DNA from: Fibrobacteria bacterium
GTDB lineage: Bacteria; Fibrobacterota; Fibrobacteria; UBA5070
Assembly (NCBI GenBank): GCA_035352895.1
Contig: DAOPYN010000007.1
Span: forward strand, 44,656 to 108,655
Reading direction: 5' to 3'
DNA length: 64,000 bases
Made by a program: the position numbers and the translations under genes. The notes beneath the pieces were generated by a model, which was not told where the DNA came from, did no database searches, and saw only the letters and a list, made by a program, of their open reading frames with translations. Within the stretch, counting starts at the first letter, position 1; every line of letters begins with the position of its first letter. This document shows, one piece after another, positions 1 through 9,504 of this stretch.

Positions 1-446
1 CTTTAATGCACCCGAATCAAGCAATTGGAACAAACAACACTGACCACATAACCAGCATATCATGGTACGAAGCCATACTGTTCTGCAACAAAAAGTCGAA
101 AGTTTACAACCTCCCGGAAGCATACGTGACATCGAGCTTAGATAGTTCAGAATGGTACCTAGCGGACAATCCGTCAGGCTTCAAGCTCCCCTCTATGAGT
201 GAGGCATATGGATTCCGTGCGCGCCAAAACACGCAAAACATTTACAAACCATTTAACGAGTGGATTACGGATTGGCAGCACACCTCACTTGATACCCAGA
301 TTGGGCCTACCACAGGAAATCAACGGGCAATTCTTCCGAACTCACAATACCCTGATGTGCTACTCGGGCTTCCACCTGGTAGTCAGCCCAGTAATATCGT
401 CTTCCGCACCGTCCTTCCCCTGAAGGCCGCCCACCCCTCCCCATGA
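1..446 (+). CDS. Partial (5'-truncated by window edge) FGE-sulfatase/SUMF1-like domain protein. Strongly atypical low GC (about 46%), so possibly a foreign or decaying gene.
   Basis: Frame is open to position 1. The translation has SWYEAILFCN ... FKLPSMSEAYGFRARQN ... NEWITDWQH, which resembles the FGE-sulfatase core WYEAxAFCNW ... RLPTEAEWEYAARGG ... NVWEW, but with degenerate catalytic residues. GC is far below the roughly 68% window average. The stop overlaps the next ATG (ATGA). Confidence 0.4.
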   Translation, partial: LMHPNQAIGTNNTDHITSISWYEAILFCNKKSKVYNLPEAYVTSSLDSSEWYLADNPSGFKLPSMSEAYGFRARQNTQNIYKPFNEWITDWQHTSLDTQIGPTTGNQRAILPNSQYPDVLLGLPPGSQPSNIVFRTVLPLKAAHPSP

Positions 447-832
447 CCCGTGAACTCGCCGAGCGGTACGTGAAGTACATCGCCGAGATGGCCAACCGTC
501 TCGAGCGGAAATCGTGGATCGACGTGGACGAGGTGGCCGCCCTCAACCGCGAACTGGAGCTGTTCAAGAAGAAGCTCGAGCAGGAGAACGGCCCCCAGTC
601 CCGACAATTTCTGGACCTCTCCAAGGTGACCTTCCGGCTGGACCCGAGACACTTGGAAGGCAGCTCCCAGAACGGTCTGGGCGGCATCCTGGGGGCCCTC
701 GGAAAATTCGGCGTCCTGGGCTTCCTGGTCCGGTCCAACACCGCCGGAACGCACGACAATCGCCAGCGCATCCAGGATTTCAAGACCGCCCTTCGCGGGT
801 TCGTCTACACGTTCGACGACTACACCTGGTGA
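443..832 (+). CDS. Hypothetical protein (129 aa), no recognisable family
   Basis: Clean ORF with genome-typical high-GC codon usage. The start overlaps the upstream stop (ATGA). The protein is charged and helical-looking. Confidence 0.5.
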   Translation: MTRELAERYVKYIAEMANRLERKSWIDVDEVAALNRELELFKKKLEQENGPQSRQFLDLSKVTFRLDPRHLEGSSQNGLGGILGALGKFGVLGFLVRSNTAGTHDNRQRIQDFKTALRGFVYTFDDYTW

Positions 833-941
833 AGACCCGGTGCCGTACCGCGTACTGACGCTGGCGGGAAGGAAAAAGGCGCAGGCCCTTTTCGGACCCG
901 CGCCACGAGACTGGGAGCTCCGGGGATGACCCCGGAATTCC

Positions 942-2378
942 TCAAGGCAGGGTGTACTTCTTGAGGATGGGCCAGCCGACCGATCCGTTGCCCTGCTCGT
1001 GGCCGCCACCCTGCTTGGTGCAGAGGGTCACCTGAACGCCACCTTCGCAGGTGGAATAGGTGGAGCAACCCTTGGAATCTTCGGCGGAAGGGGAGCCCGT
1101 GCACTTGTTGAGCTCGGCCCACTTCGTGAAGGTACCCTTGGCACCCAGGAAGTCGATCGCCATACCTGGCACCACAGCGGAGTGGCCACCAGCGTAGGCG
1201 ACCGTGCCATCGGAGGTACCCCGGAACATGACCATGGTGATCGGACGCTTGGGCTTGCATGCACCGACGTTCTGCTCCGTAAGGTCGAATGCGGCTGGAG
1301 CACCGGCGGCGAAGATGTCCGAAAGATGGCAAGCGGAGAAATGGGTCATCCCGCCGCCCATCGAGAATCCGGTTGCGTAGACACGCTTTGGATCGATGCA
1401 GGCGAGGGTCTTGACCTCGGCGACCATGGCTCGTGCGAACGACGTGTCGTCCGCCGTCGAACAACAACCCTGGACGTTCCAAGCTTGGCCACCCAGAGGC
1501 CCGTTGAGGCCATCAGGATAGACGGAAATCACCCCCTCGGGGTCGGTCTGGGCTTTGTAGGTGGTTCCGCTGAGTTGTCCGGAAGCGGTTCCCATGATGG
1601 GATGGTAATCCACCACCAGCGGCACCGGGGTATCACCCTTGTAGGCGGAAGGAACATGCAGGATGTACTTGCGCTGGGTGCCCTTGACCGTGATGGTCTT
1701 GTTCTGGTCGCCGGGATTGAGCTTTGCGGCCGGACAGGTGGTGGTGGACACCTCGCTCATCTTGATCTCGATGGCGGTGGCCGTCTCGCTGGTTAGGGTG
1801 TAGGTGGTGTCACGATAGCCGGACTTCTTGAACTGGAGGACAGGAAGCCCCGCCATGGCGCGCGCGGCCACCGACGGGGGCGCCACTTGCCATCCTTCCG
1901 GCCCGATGCCGACGGCTTGGTGGACCACGGTGCCTTCCTGGCGCACACGCAGGAAGACCGCTCCGGTGCTCCGAAAGGAAGGCAGGGAAATGCGGGTTTC
2001 CGCACCCGTGGGCGCGGCCATGGCATGCCAAAGCGACTTGCCGGCGGCATCCACCAGCGAAATGTCCAGCATTCCGCTCTCCGAAGTGGGAATCACCAGT
2101 TCCGATCCCTCGACCCGAGCTCCGAGCTGGATCCCCGGGCGGTGGAAGGCGCCTGAAACGGAGAGCGAAAACGCACCGGAGGCGTCCGTGCTGGTCTTCA
2201 GGGTGGCGTCGTCCTTCACGGTCACTTCGACGCCGGAAAGCGCGGTGCCCGTGGTGGACTTGACGGTCCCCGATGCGGACCAACCGAAGGCCGACACGGC
2301 CAGCGCAAGAGGCAGACCCACCCAGGCCCACCGAATCGTCTTCCTGGATCCCAGGATGCTTGTTTCCTTCCTCACGGC
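942..2378 (-). CDS. Secreted esterase of the PHB-depolymerase/LpqC (alpha/beta hydrolase) family with an N-terminal carboxypeptidase-regulatory-like beta-sandwich domain
   Basis: GFSMGGGMTHF nucleophile-elbow motif. The C-terminal half is typical of the COG3509 esterase family. The N-terminal part has GTVKSTTGTALSGVEVTVKD, as in the CarbopepD_reg fold. Signal peptide RKTIRWAWVGLPLALAVSAFGWSASG. The start was chosen at the GTG preceded by AAAGGGGA. An in-frame ATG further upstream (2447) is an alternative. Confidence 0.8.
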   Translation of the reverse strand, partial: AVRKETSILGSRKTIRWAWVGLPLALAVSAFGWSASGTVKSTTGTALSGVEVTVKDDATLKTSTDASGAFSLSVSGAFHRPGIQLGARVEGSELVIPTSESGMLDISLVDAAGKSLWHAMAAPTGAETRISLPSFRSTGAVFLRVRQEGTVVHQAVGIGPEGWQVAPPSVAARAMAGLPVLQFKKSGYRDTTYTLTSETATAIEIKMSEVSTTTCPAAKLNPGDQNKTITVKGTQRKYILHVPSAYKGDTPVPLVVDYHPIMGTASGQLSGTTYKAQTDPEGVISVYPDGLNGPLGGQAWNVQGCCSTADDTSFARAMVAEVKTLACIDPKRVYATGFSMGGGMTHFSACHLSDIFAAGAPAAFDLTEQNVGACKPKRPITMVMFRGTSDGTVAYAGGHSAVVPGMAIDFLGAKGTFTKWAELNKCTGSPSAEDSKGCSTYSTCEGGVQVTLCTKQGGGHEQGNGSVGWPILKKYTLP

Positions 2379-2653
2379 GAATCCCCTTTCGATCGGAACA
2401 TTCCCGAGGTGCGGCACACCCGTGGCGCGAAACGACGGGGGACCCATTCCCCCGCGCTCGACCGGCGACCCGCGATCCTCGACTTCTGCAGGTTGAGAAT
2501 AACCCCGAAGGGAAATCCGCCGCGGTGGATCCTTGGAGGAGTTCATTGGCGAAACGGTAACGGAAACGCCTTCCCGTCGGCGATCGACAGGAAGGCGTTG
2601 GAGGTTCCGGACCCTGCGGGATGGGCAAGACGCCCCATCCCGCAGGGATGATG

Positions 2654-3148
2654 TCAGGTCTTGTCCGCTCCCCGGGCCATCAGGATCTTGCCGGTGCGGA
2701 CCAGGTCGACGATCCCGAAGGGCTGCAGGAGCCCCAGGACGTGGTCGATCTTGTCCGACCCGCCGGCGATCTGCAGGATCAGGGATTCGTGGCCGAAATC
2801 CACCGTGGTGCCCCTGAAGTGCTCGGCGATCTGCAGGATCCCCGTGCGGCTCTCGGCCGGACATCTGACCTTGATCAGGGCGATCTCCTTCTCGATCACC
2901 GATTGGCCGGTGTGGTCGATCGCCCGGACCACGTCGATCAGCTTGAACAGCTGCTTGATGATCTGGTCCAGGGTGGATGGATCGCCCGTGCAGGTGATGG
3001 TCATGCGGCTGAACTCGGAATCCAGGACGGGACTCACCACCAGGCTGTCGATGTTGTAGCCGCGCCGGGCGAACACCAGGGCGACGCGCACCAGCACGCC
3101 GGGCTTGTTGCGCACCAGGACGGAAATGGTATGGGACGGCATGTTCAT
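2654..3148 (-). CDS. ilvH: Acetolactate synthase small (regulatory) subunit
   Basis: ACT-domain protein: MNMPSHTISVLVRNKPGVLVRVALVFARRGYNIDSL ... typical of IlvH/IlvN. It lies immediately downstream of ilvB with a 1-nt gap. Confidence 0.9.
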   Translation of the reverse strand: MNMPSHTISVLVRNKPGVLVRVALVFARRGYNIDSLVVSPVLDSEFSRMTITCTGDPSTLDQIIKQLFKLIDVVRAIDHTGQSVIEKEIALIKVRCPAESRTGILQIAEHFRGTTVDFGHESLILQIAGGSDKIDHVLGLLQPFGIVDLVRTGKILMARGADKT

Positions 3149-3149
3149 C

Positions 3150-4868
3150 TCAGGTGCTCCCCGTGGGCTTGGCCATCTTCTGCTTGGGCCGTTCGATCAG
3201 CATGTCCTTGAAGCCTGCTCCCGCGGGCACCATGGGAAAGACATTGTCCTCCTTGACCACCTCGGCGTCGATCAGGCAGGGACCATCGTTGTACTCGGCG
3301 GCCTGCTTGAGGACGCGGCGGACGTCGCCGGGCCGGCGGATGCGGAAGGCCTTGACCCCGTACGCCTCGGCAAGTTTGACAAAATCCGGATTCCCCACCA
3401 TGTCCACGCCGGAATACCGGTTGTCGAAGAACAGCTCCTGCCACTGGCGGACCATGCCCAGGTAGTTGTTGTTGATGATGAGGATCTTCACCGGCGTCTT
3501 CTGGAGCGCGGCCGTGGCCAGTTCGCAGAGGGTCATCTGGAAGCCGCCGTCGCCCACCACCGCCCATACCGGCTTGTCGGGGCAACCCAGCTGGGCGCCG
3601 ATGGCCGCTGGAAACCCGAAGCCCATGGTGCCGGCTCCGCCGGAACTGATCCAGGAGCGGTTGAAGGTGCTCCGGCAGAACTGCGCGGCCCACATCTGGT
3701 GCTGGCCCACGTCGGTGGTCACGATCGCCTTCCCGCGGGCGATCCGGTCCATCTCCTCCAGCACGTGCTGGGCCTTGAGCCCACCCTGCTTCCCGTAGCG
3801 GAGCGGGTACTGCTTGCGCCAGGCACCGCACTGCTTCACCCATTCGGCGGTGTCCAGCTTCTCCACCTGGGGCAGGAGGGCTTCGATCCCCCGGCGCGCG
3901 TCGCCGGTCATACAGACATCCGGCTGGATGATCTTGCCGAACTCGGCCGGGTCGATGTCCAGGTGCATCCGGGTGGCGGTCGGGCAGAATTCGGCCAATT
4001 TGCCCACGATGCGGTCGTCCCAGCGGGATCCGATCGCGAAGATCAGGTCGCAGTTCATGACCGCCTTGTTGGCGTAGGCGGTTCCGTGCATGCCCACCAT
4101 GCCCAGGTGCAACGCGTGGTCCTCGCTCACGGCTCCCTTGCCCAGGAGCGTGGTCACCACCGGAGCCTGGAGCTTCTCGGCCAGCTGGGTGATGGCCTTT
4201 CCGGCTCCCGCGATGACGGCTCCGTGGCCCACCATCAGGACCGGTCGACGCGAGCGGGAGAGGCATTCCGCCGCCTTGGCGAGGCTCGCCTGTTCGGGAA
4301 CGCCGGGAATCTCGTAGCCGGGGAGGTCGACCGAGTCCACGAACGGAGCCGTGCAAGGCGACGAGGTCACGTCCTTGGGCAGATCCAGGAGCACCGGGCC
4401 GGGTCGACCGGTGGTGGCGATGTGGAAGGTCTCCTTCATCACCCTGGGAAGTTCGTTGGCGCTCTTGACCAGGAAGGAGTGCTTGACCACCGGATAGGTG
4501 ATCCCCGTCACATCGGCTTCCTGGAACGCGTCCTTGCCCAGCATGGGAGAGATCGTCTGCCCGCACAGGACGATGATCGGAGAGGAGTCCATTTGGGCGG
4601 TCAGGATTCCAGTCACGGTGTTGGTGGCTCCCGGACCGGAAGTCACCAACACCACGCCCGGCTTGCCCGTGGCTCGGGCGTATCCGTCGGCCATGTGGGT
4701 GGCTCCCTGCTCGTGGCGGACCAGGACCAGCTTGATCTGGGGGTGGTCCACCAGCGCATCGAACAACGGGATGGCGGCGCCCCCAGGATATCCGAAGACA
4801 TATTCCACCCCTTCGCGGATGAGGCTCTGGATGATCACCTCGGCGCCGTTGGGGATCTTCTTGTCCAT
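3150..4868 (-). CDS. ilvB: Acetolactate synthase large (catalytic) subunit
   Basis: TPP-enzyme motifs: GAEVIIQSLIREGVEYVFGYPGGA ... GPGATN ... GDGGFQM. The start was chosen at MDKKIPNGAEV, preceded by AAGGAA. The longer in-frame extension to 4985 is unlikely. Confidence 0.9.
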   Translation of the reverse strand: MDKKIPNGAEVIIQSLIREGVEYVFGYPGGAAIPLFDALVDHPQIKLVLVRHEQGATHMADGYARATGKPGVVLVTSGPGATNTVTGILTAQMDSSPIIVLCGQTISPMLGKDAFQEADVTGITYPVVKHSFLVKSANELPRVMKETFHIATTGRPGPVLLDLPKDVTSSPCTAPFVDSVDLPGYEIPGVPEQASLAKAAECLSRSRRPVLMVGHGAVIAGAGKAITQLAEKLQAPVVTTLLGKGAVSEDHALHLGMVGMHGTAYANKAVMNCDLIFAIGSRWDDRIVGKLAEFCPTATRMHLDIDPAEFGKIIQPDVCMTGDARRGIEALLPQVEKLDTAEWVKQCGAWRKQYPLRYGKQGGLKAQHVLEEMDRIARGKAIVTTDVGQHQMWAAQFCRSTFNRSWISSGGAGTMGFGFPAAIGAQLGCPDKPVWAVVGDGGFQMTLCELATAALQKTPVKILIINNNYLGMVRQWQELFFDNRYSGVDMVGNPDFVKLAEAYGVKAFRIRRPGDVRRVLKQAAEYNDGPCLIDAEVVKEDNVFPMVPAGAGFKDMLIERPKQKMAKPTGST

Positions 4869-5032
4869 TGTGTACGTTCCTTTTCCGGATCGATCCGTTG
4901 GGGTGTCGGTGCTTGAGTTCACCAGCTCCCCAACCTCTACGTTTGCGAACTTTCTGAATATCCTCAGTTTCGCGCAAAATTGCAAGCTCTACATATAGAC
5001 ACCCACAAAAAACCTTGTTCACGGAAGCCAAA

Positions 5033-6148
5033 ATGAGTACCAACCAAGAACAGGCCGACCAAAAAGGCCAAAATCCCTCCGGATTTTGGGAGTTCCTTGA
5101 TCATGGCCCCCGAACTTCATCGATCATCACCGCCCTTTCTGTCATTCTCTTGGTTTTCATCCTGAGAAGCGTACTGATTCCCTTCATCATTGCCTGCATT
5201 CTGGCGGCTTTGACGTGGCCTTTCCGCAACAAGATCCTGAAACTCACCAGGAATAGAGCAACATTGACCTCTGGGATCCTGGTCTTTGGACTGATCCTTG
5301 TGGTTGCCACCCCAGTTTCTCTCATTTCCTTCCTGGCTACCCTCCAAGCCAAGGAGCTGATGGTCAAATTCGACCCCCAGACGATGGTGCACGAGGCAGG
5401 AGCCATTGGAAAGAAGCTGGAGCAATGGGAGATCACCCGCCAACTGGGACTCACGGAGGAGTCTCTGGCCCCGAAACTCCAGGAAAGCCTCGCCAGCTTG
5501 GGTGCATGGGGAATGGATCAGGTCCTGGGAATGGGAGGGACCTTGCTCCACGCCCTGGTCCTCACGGGAATCATGCTGATGAGCCTGTTCTACCTCTACC
5601 AATCCGGGGACCAGTTCGTTCTCCGACTCCAATCGCACCTGCCCCTTTCCCGTTCGGAGACCGACGTTCTCCTGGATACCTTCCGCCGCACCTCGCGAGC
5701 GATCTTCAAGGGGAATTTCGTCATCGGAGGCATCCAGGGTCTCATGACCGGCCTCCTGTTCTGGGCCACCGGGCTACCCTCCCCAGCGTTCTTTGGAGTG
5801 GCCGCCGCACTCTGCAGCTTGATTCCCGCCGTCGGAACCGGTCTGATCTGGGCTCCAGGCGCCCTTGTGCTTCTGGTGACCGGCCACACCACGGCTGGTT
5901 TGGTGGTCCTCGGCGTTGGCGTGGGAGTCATTTCCATGATCGACAGCGTCCTGCGCCCCATCCTGGTGGGAAGAGACGCCGGAATGCACGACCTGATGGT
6001 GTTCTTGACCACCTTGGGCGGGCTGTCGTTCTTTGGGCCGGTGGGGATCTTGTTCGGGCCGTTGGTTGGCGCGGGAGTCATGGCCCTCCTGCGCCTGCGG
6101 GAACTTCCTGCCGCCTCGGAAGATCAGGAGGCGGGATCTCGCGGCTGA
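5033..6148 (+). CDS. AI-2E family transporter (PerM/YdiK-like, UPF0118)
   Basis: Polytopic membrane protein with the AI-2E-characteristic C-terminal region ... SMIDSVLRPILVGRDAGMHDLMVFLTTLGG ... The RBS GGAAG lies 8 nt upstream of the ATG. Confidence 0.8.
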   Translation: MSTNQEQADQKGQNPSGFWEFLDHGPRTSSIITALSVILLVFILRSVLIPFIIACILAALTWPFRNKILKLTRNRATLTSGILVFGLILVVATPVSLISFLATLQAKELMVKFDPQTMVHEAGAIGKKLEQWEITRQLGLTEESLAPKLQESLASLGAWGMDQVLGMGGTLLHALVLTGIMLMSLFYLYQSGDQFVLRLQSHLPLSRSETDVLLDTFRRTSRAIFKGNFVIGGIQGLMTGLLFWATGLPSPAFFGVAAALCSLIPAVGTGLIWAPGALVLLVTGHTTAGLVVLGVGVGVISMIDSVLRPILVGRDAGMHDLMVFLTTLGGLSFFGPVGILFGPLVGAGVMALLRLRELPAASEDQEAGSRG

Positions 6149-6178
6149 TCCGCAAGGACTAGCCGCGAGAAGGGAACA

Positions 6179-7277
6179 TCACTTGCCCTTGACCGGCGGC
6201 GGCAGCATTCCCGCCGGCGGAGGAGGCATTTCCGCCTTGGGCTCGTCGAACAGCTCGCTCTCCTTGTAGGAGGGATCGAGGAACTCGACCTTGTAGGTCT
6301 TGGCCAGCTTGCGGTAGTAGCCAGGAACGACGCGAGCGGCGGCTTCCTGCTTGAGCATGGCTTCGATCGTGGGCTTGACGGAGTCCAGCGGAGGCGTGGA
6401 ACCGGCCTTGCGATCCTGGATCTGGATGATGTGCCATCCGTACTGGGTACGCACCGGTGCGGAAATCTTGCCGGGCTCGAGGGTTTCCACGGCCGCGGCG
6501 AATTCCGGGACCATTTCCTTGGGGTTGAACCAGCCCAGATCGCCACCATTGCCCTTGGAGCCGGGATCGTCGGATTCGGCCTTGGCGATGGCGGAGAACT
6601 GCTTGTCGTCGGCGGAGAGCTTCTTGGCGATGGCCAGGATGGCCGCGTGGGCCTTGGCACTGTCTTCCGGAGACTTGCTGAGCTTCAGGATGTGGCGTCC
6701 GCGGACCTTGGCGGTTCCACCGAAGCGATCCTTGTTGGTCTGGTAGAAGCTGTCGATGCGCTCGGGAGTGATCTTGAGGGAATCGGCCAGGACGGATTCC
6801 AGGAGCTGGTTTTGAAGCAGCTGCTTGGAGATCTTCTCGCGGACCGAAGCGGGAGTGTCGCCGGCCTGGGCCAGAGCGGCCAGAAGCTGGGCGGAATCCT
6901 TGAACTGGGCGGTCACGGCCTTGTAGATGCTGTCGACCTTGCGATCGTCCACGGCGATCTTCTTGGCAACCACCTCGCGCTCGAAGATGGCCTGCATGAT
7001 CAGCTGGGCCGTGGCTTGGCGACGGATGGGAGCGGCGGCCTGGTCGAAGCTGATTCCCTTGGCATTGGCCTCCTGGGCGATCTGCATGAGCATGGGCTGC
7101 AGGAGCTTGTCGATCTGGCCCTTGGTCACTCCGACGGTGTCGAATCCAGCGACGATCGCGGTGGAGTCGCCGGCGGGTGCCTTGAACTTGTTGGCCTGGG
7201 AAGCCGAGGACTTGGCCCCGGTACGGCAGGCGCCGAGCAGGAGCAGCAGTGAGAGGATGAACAGCGGTTTGCGCACG
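6179..7277 (-). CDS. SurA/PrsA-like periplasmic chaperone with one parvulin-type peptidyl-prolyl isomerase domain; probable lipoprotein
   Basis: Parvulin motifs: RHILKLS ... GGDLGWF ... YGWHIIQ. Lipobox LLLLGAC after a positively charged N-terminus. GTG start at 7277. The alternative ATG is at 7321. Confidence 0.75.
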
Positions 7278-7429
7278 GATGTGCCCTTTCGTTTGGGAGG
7301 GAGGCATCGTAAAGTACTCATCCGGAGCACGAGTTCCACTCCTCCATGGAGATGGCCTCGAGCTGGAAACGTCGAATCGAGGTATATTCCATTCGCAGAT
7401 CACCGTTCAATACGGGAAGGATTTCTCCC

Positions 7430-7894
7430 ATGTGGCTCCAGCGATGGATCGTCTTGACAATGGTTTTCGCGATTTCCACCGCGTTCGCGGAAGATCGCAC
7501 GTTGCTTGTCTCCAAGGCCGGCAAGATCCCGTTATGGCTCTCCGCCGAACACAAATCCGACGAAGCCCCCCTGCAGATGGTGGAAGAAGGCGACTTGCTC
7601 CACCAGGAGGACGCCAAGGGCGACTTCCTCTTCGTGGTGACCAAGAACAACGTGAAGGGATGGGTGGAAGCCTCCAAGGTCCATGTCTACGACAAGGTCG
7701 TGGGCACCACCGTGAACCTCAACGACATCAAGGTCAACGGCGCCTTGGACAATCCGGGCGACGTGTACATCCTGACGGACGATTCGAAGATTCCGCCGGA
7801 AGGATTCTACATCCTGCGCGACATGACCGCCATGATCCTCTCCGACCCCATCGATCGCGAGACCTTGGAGCGGAAGAACAAGGAAAATTTCTAG
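7430..7894 (+). CDS. Hypothetical secreted protein (about 154 aa)
   Basis: Signal peptide MWLQRWIVLTMVFAISTAFA. RBS GGAAGGA. No family recognised. Confidence 0.5.
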   Translation: MWLQRWIVLTMVFAISTAFAEDRTLLVSKAGKIPLWLSAEHKSDEAPLQMVEEGDLLHQEDAKGDFLFVVTKNNVKGWVEASKVHVYDKVVGTTVNLNDIKVNGALDNPGDVYILTDDSKIPPEGFYILRDMTAMILSDPIDRETLERKNKENF

Positions 7895-7910
7895 GCGGTC
7901 CCCTCCGCGG

Positions 7911-8516
7911 TCAGGGTGAAGGGGTGATCCCGAGCTCCTTCTGGATCATGGGAACGTCGAGCTTTCCAAGGGTCACGGGCAACTTGGGATAGAATCGCTT
8001 GTGGTAGCCGAAGCCACCCAATTTGAATTCCTCCACGGCGTCGGAAGTGCTCCATCCCTGGAAGATCATCCGGTATCCAGCCACGGTGAATCCGGTACGG
8101 TCGGATCCATGCCAGCAATGCACCAGGACAGGCTTCTTCGCATCGCGGATCCGCCCCAGGATCCGGACCATGTCGTCGCGTTCGAGCGAACCCGCCGCCA
8201 CCGGATCGTGGACGAGCACGAACCCGGCCTGGGCCAGTTTCTCGTCGTCCTGATGGTATTCCCGCAAATTCAGGATGGTCTGGATCCCCAATGCCTTCAG
8301 GTCGGGGATGTCGGCGGCGGTCGGTTGCTCGGAACGGTACAGATCCTGCGACACCTTGAAGCAGTTTCCCAACGTGGTCCCCACCACCGGCTGGGCCCAC
8401 TGGACAGGTCGGACCCTGGGGCCTTCGGCCAGCCCCATGGAAGCCGCCCCCAGGAGGACGACCCCCACGCGACTGGACCGGATGCGGCGAACCTTGGAGG
8501 ATCTGGGTGTTTTCAT
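7911..8516 (-). CDS. Protein-tyrosine/dual-specificity phosphatase-like protein (CX5R active site) with an N-terminal signal-peptide-like segment
   Basis: HCWHGSDRTG P-loop (CX5R). N-terminus MKTPRSSKVRRIRSSRVGVVLLGAASMGLA. RBS GGGAGAAAG. The start overlaps the upstream radical-SAM stop (ATGA). Confidence 0.7.
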   Translation of the reverse strand: MKTPRSSKVRRIRSSRVGVVLLGAASMGLAEGPRVRPVQWAQPVVGTTLGNCFKVSQDLYRSEQPTAADIPDLKALGIQTILNLREYHQDDEKLAQAGFVLVHDPVAAGSLERDDMVRILGRIRDAKKPVLVHCWHGSDRTGFTVAGYRMIFQGWSTSDAVEEFKLGGFGYHKRFYPKLPVTLGKLDVPMIQKELGITPSP

Positions 8517-9427
8517 GGGCTTTCTCCCGGATCGCCGATGGATCCGTTGTCGATGCCTCCATGGACGTCCACGGAGAGGGAAAGGGACTGCCTGACGCGC
8601 GAAGCCACCTGCTCGAGCCATTCCAAAGGCAGCGGATGACACCCGCTCTTGGCGGTTGCGCGCGCCACCGTGTGCAATTGCACCCCCAGAAGGGGGCGTT
8701 TGCGGAGGATGTCCGCCAGATGCCCCATCCAAGCTTCGATCTCCGGCGGATCGGGAATCCGATCGTGGTAGCGGAAGAACAAGGTCTGGATGCGCAAGGG
8801 GATTTCCGCAGGGCATCCAGCCAGGTTCGAGACCACCCGCGAGAGGGGCACGCGGGATGCGTTGACCAGATCATGGAATGGTTGCGTTCCGGCGTCCAGC
8901 TTGCCCCAGACCTCCCCCGCCCCCTCCTGGCAGAGGAACCCGAGCCCTTCCCTGACCCTGGGGCTGTCCAACGACGTGGCATTGGTGATGACCACCAGAC
9001 GGAGATCCTCTCCGCCCAGGGCCAGCCATCGCCTCCGGGACTCGGCCATCGAACGGCAGACCTCGGGGAACTCCCTGCGCAAGGTGGGTTCGCCATCCCC
9101 GGAGAGGGCGATGTCGGTCAATTTCCGTCGAGATGGATCCACCCCCGGGTAGAGTTCCTCCAGCCCCGTGCGGCGCATGCGCTCCAGGAGCGATTCCAGT
9201 TCGGTGGCCACCCCGGCCGGATCCACCTCTCCGGAAGGCGCCACTCCGCGACGGTCCACCTGGCAGTAGGGGCAGTCGTAGTTGCAGATCTTGTCGGGGT
9301 TGAGATTCACCCCGATGGAGATCCCCCCCGAACGGCGCGACAGCACGGGATACACCCAGCGGAACGACTCGTGGACGCGCGGATGGTTCGCGTGGGCCCG
9401 CGCGATCGGGTCGGAGCTCGTGTTCAT
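8513..9427 (-). CDS. Radical SAM domain protein (304 aa), subfamily not assignable by eye
   Basis: CNYDCPYC (CX3CX2C) cluster at residues about 48-55. Glycine-rich SGDGEPTL SAM-binding motif about 58 residues later. Translationally coupled to the downstream phosphatase. Confidence 0.75.
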   Translation of the reverse strand: MNTSSDPIARAHANHPRVHESFRWVYPVLSRRSGGISIGVNLNPDKICNYDCPYCQVDRRGVAPSGEVDPAGVATELESLLERMRRTGLEELYPGVDPSRRKLTDIALSGDGEPTLRREFPEVCRSMAESRRRWLALGGEDLRLVVITNATSLDSPRVREGLGFLCQEGAGEVWGKLDAGTQPFHDLVNASRVPLSRVVSNLAGCPAEIPLRIQTLFFRYHDRIPDPPEIEAWMGHLADILRKRPLLGVQLHTVARATAKSGCHPLPLEWLEQVASRVRQSLSLSVDVHGGIDNGSIGDPGESP

Positions 9428-9504
9428 CGGATCCTGCGCATCGCCCAAGGGACTGGAACCTTTCCTCTCCCGGCCTCCGACATGGAACCGGTCGTCTCGG
9501 TGGA

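Noticed and set aside
860-900. AAAAAGGCGCAGGCCCTTTTC hairpin-like sequence between convergent genes (443-832 plus strand; esterase minus strand)
   Set aside because: The stem is short and A/U-rich with mismatches. It may function as a weak bidirectional terminator, but the evidence is insufficient.
4869-4985. 117-nt in-frame extension upstream of ilvB, considered as a possible leader peptide or attenuator
   Set aside because: The translation (MQFCAKLRIFRKFANVEVGELVNSSTDTPTDRSGKGTYT) is not enriched in Ile, Leu or Val as a BCAA attenuator leader would be. The conserved GAE block places the start at 4868.
3105-5043. Two ORFs of more than 600 aa (3105-4916 plus strand, 3145-5043 minus strand) overlapping ilvB
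   Set aside because: These are alternative frames of the ilvB locus. Only the 3150-4868 minus-strand frame carries TPP-enzyme motifs.
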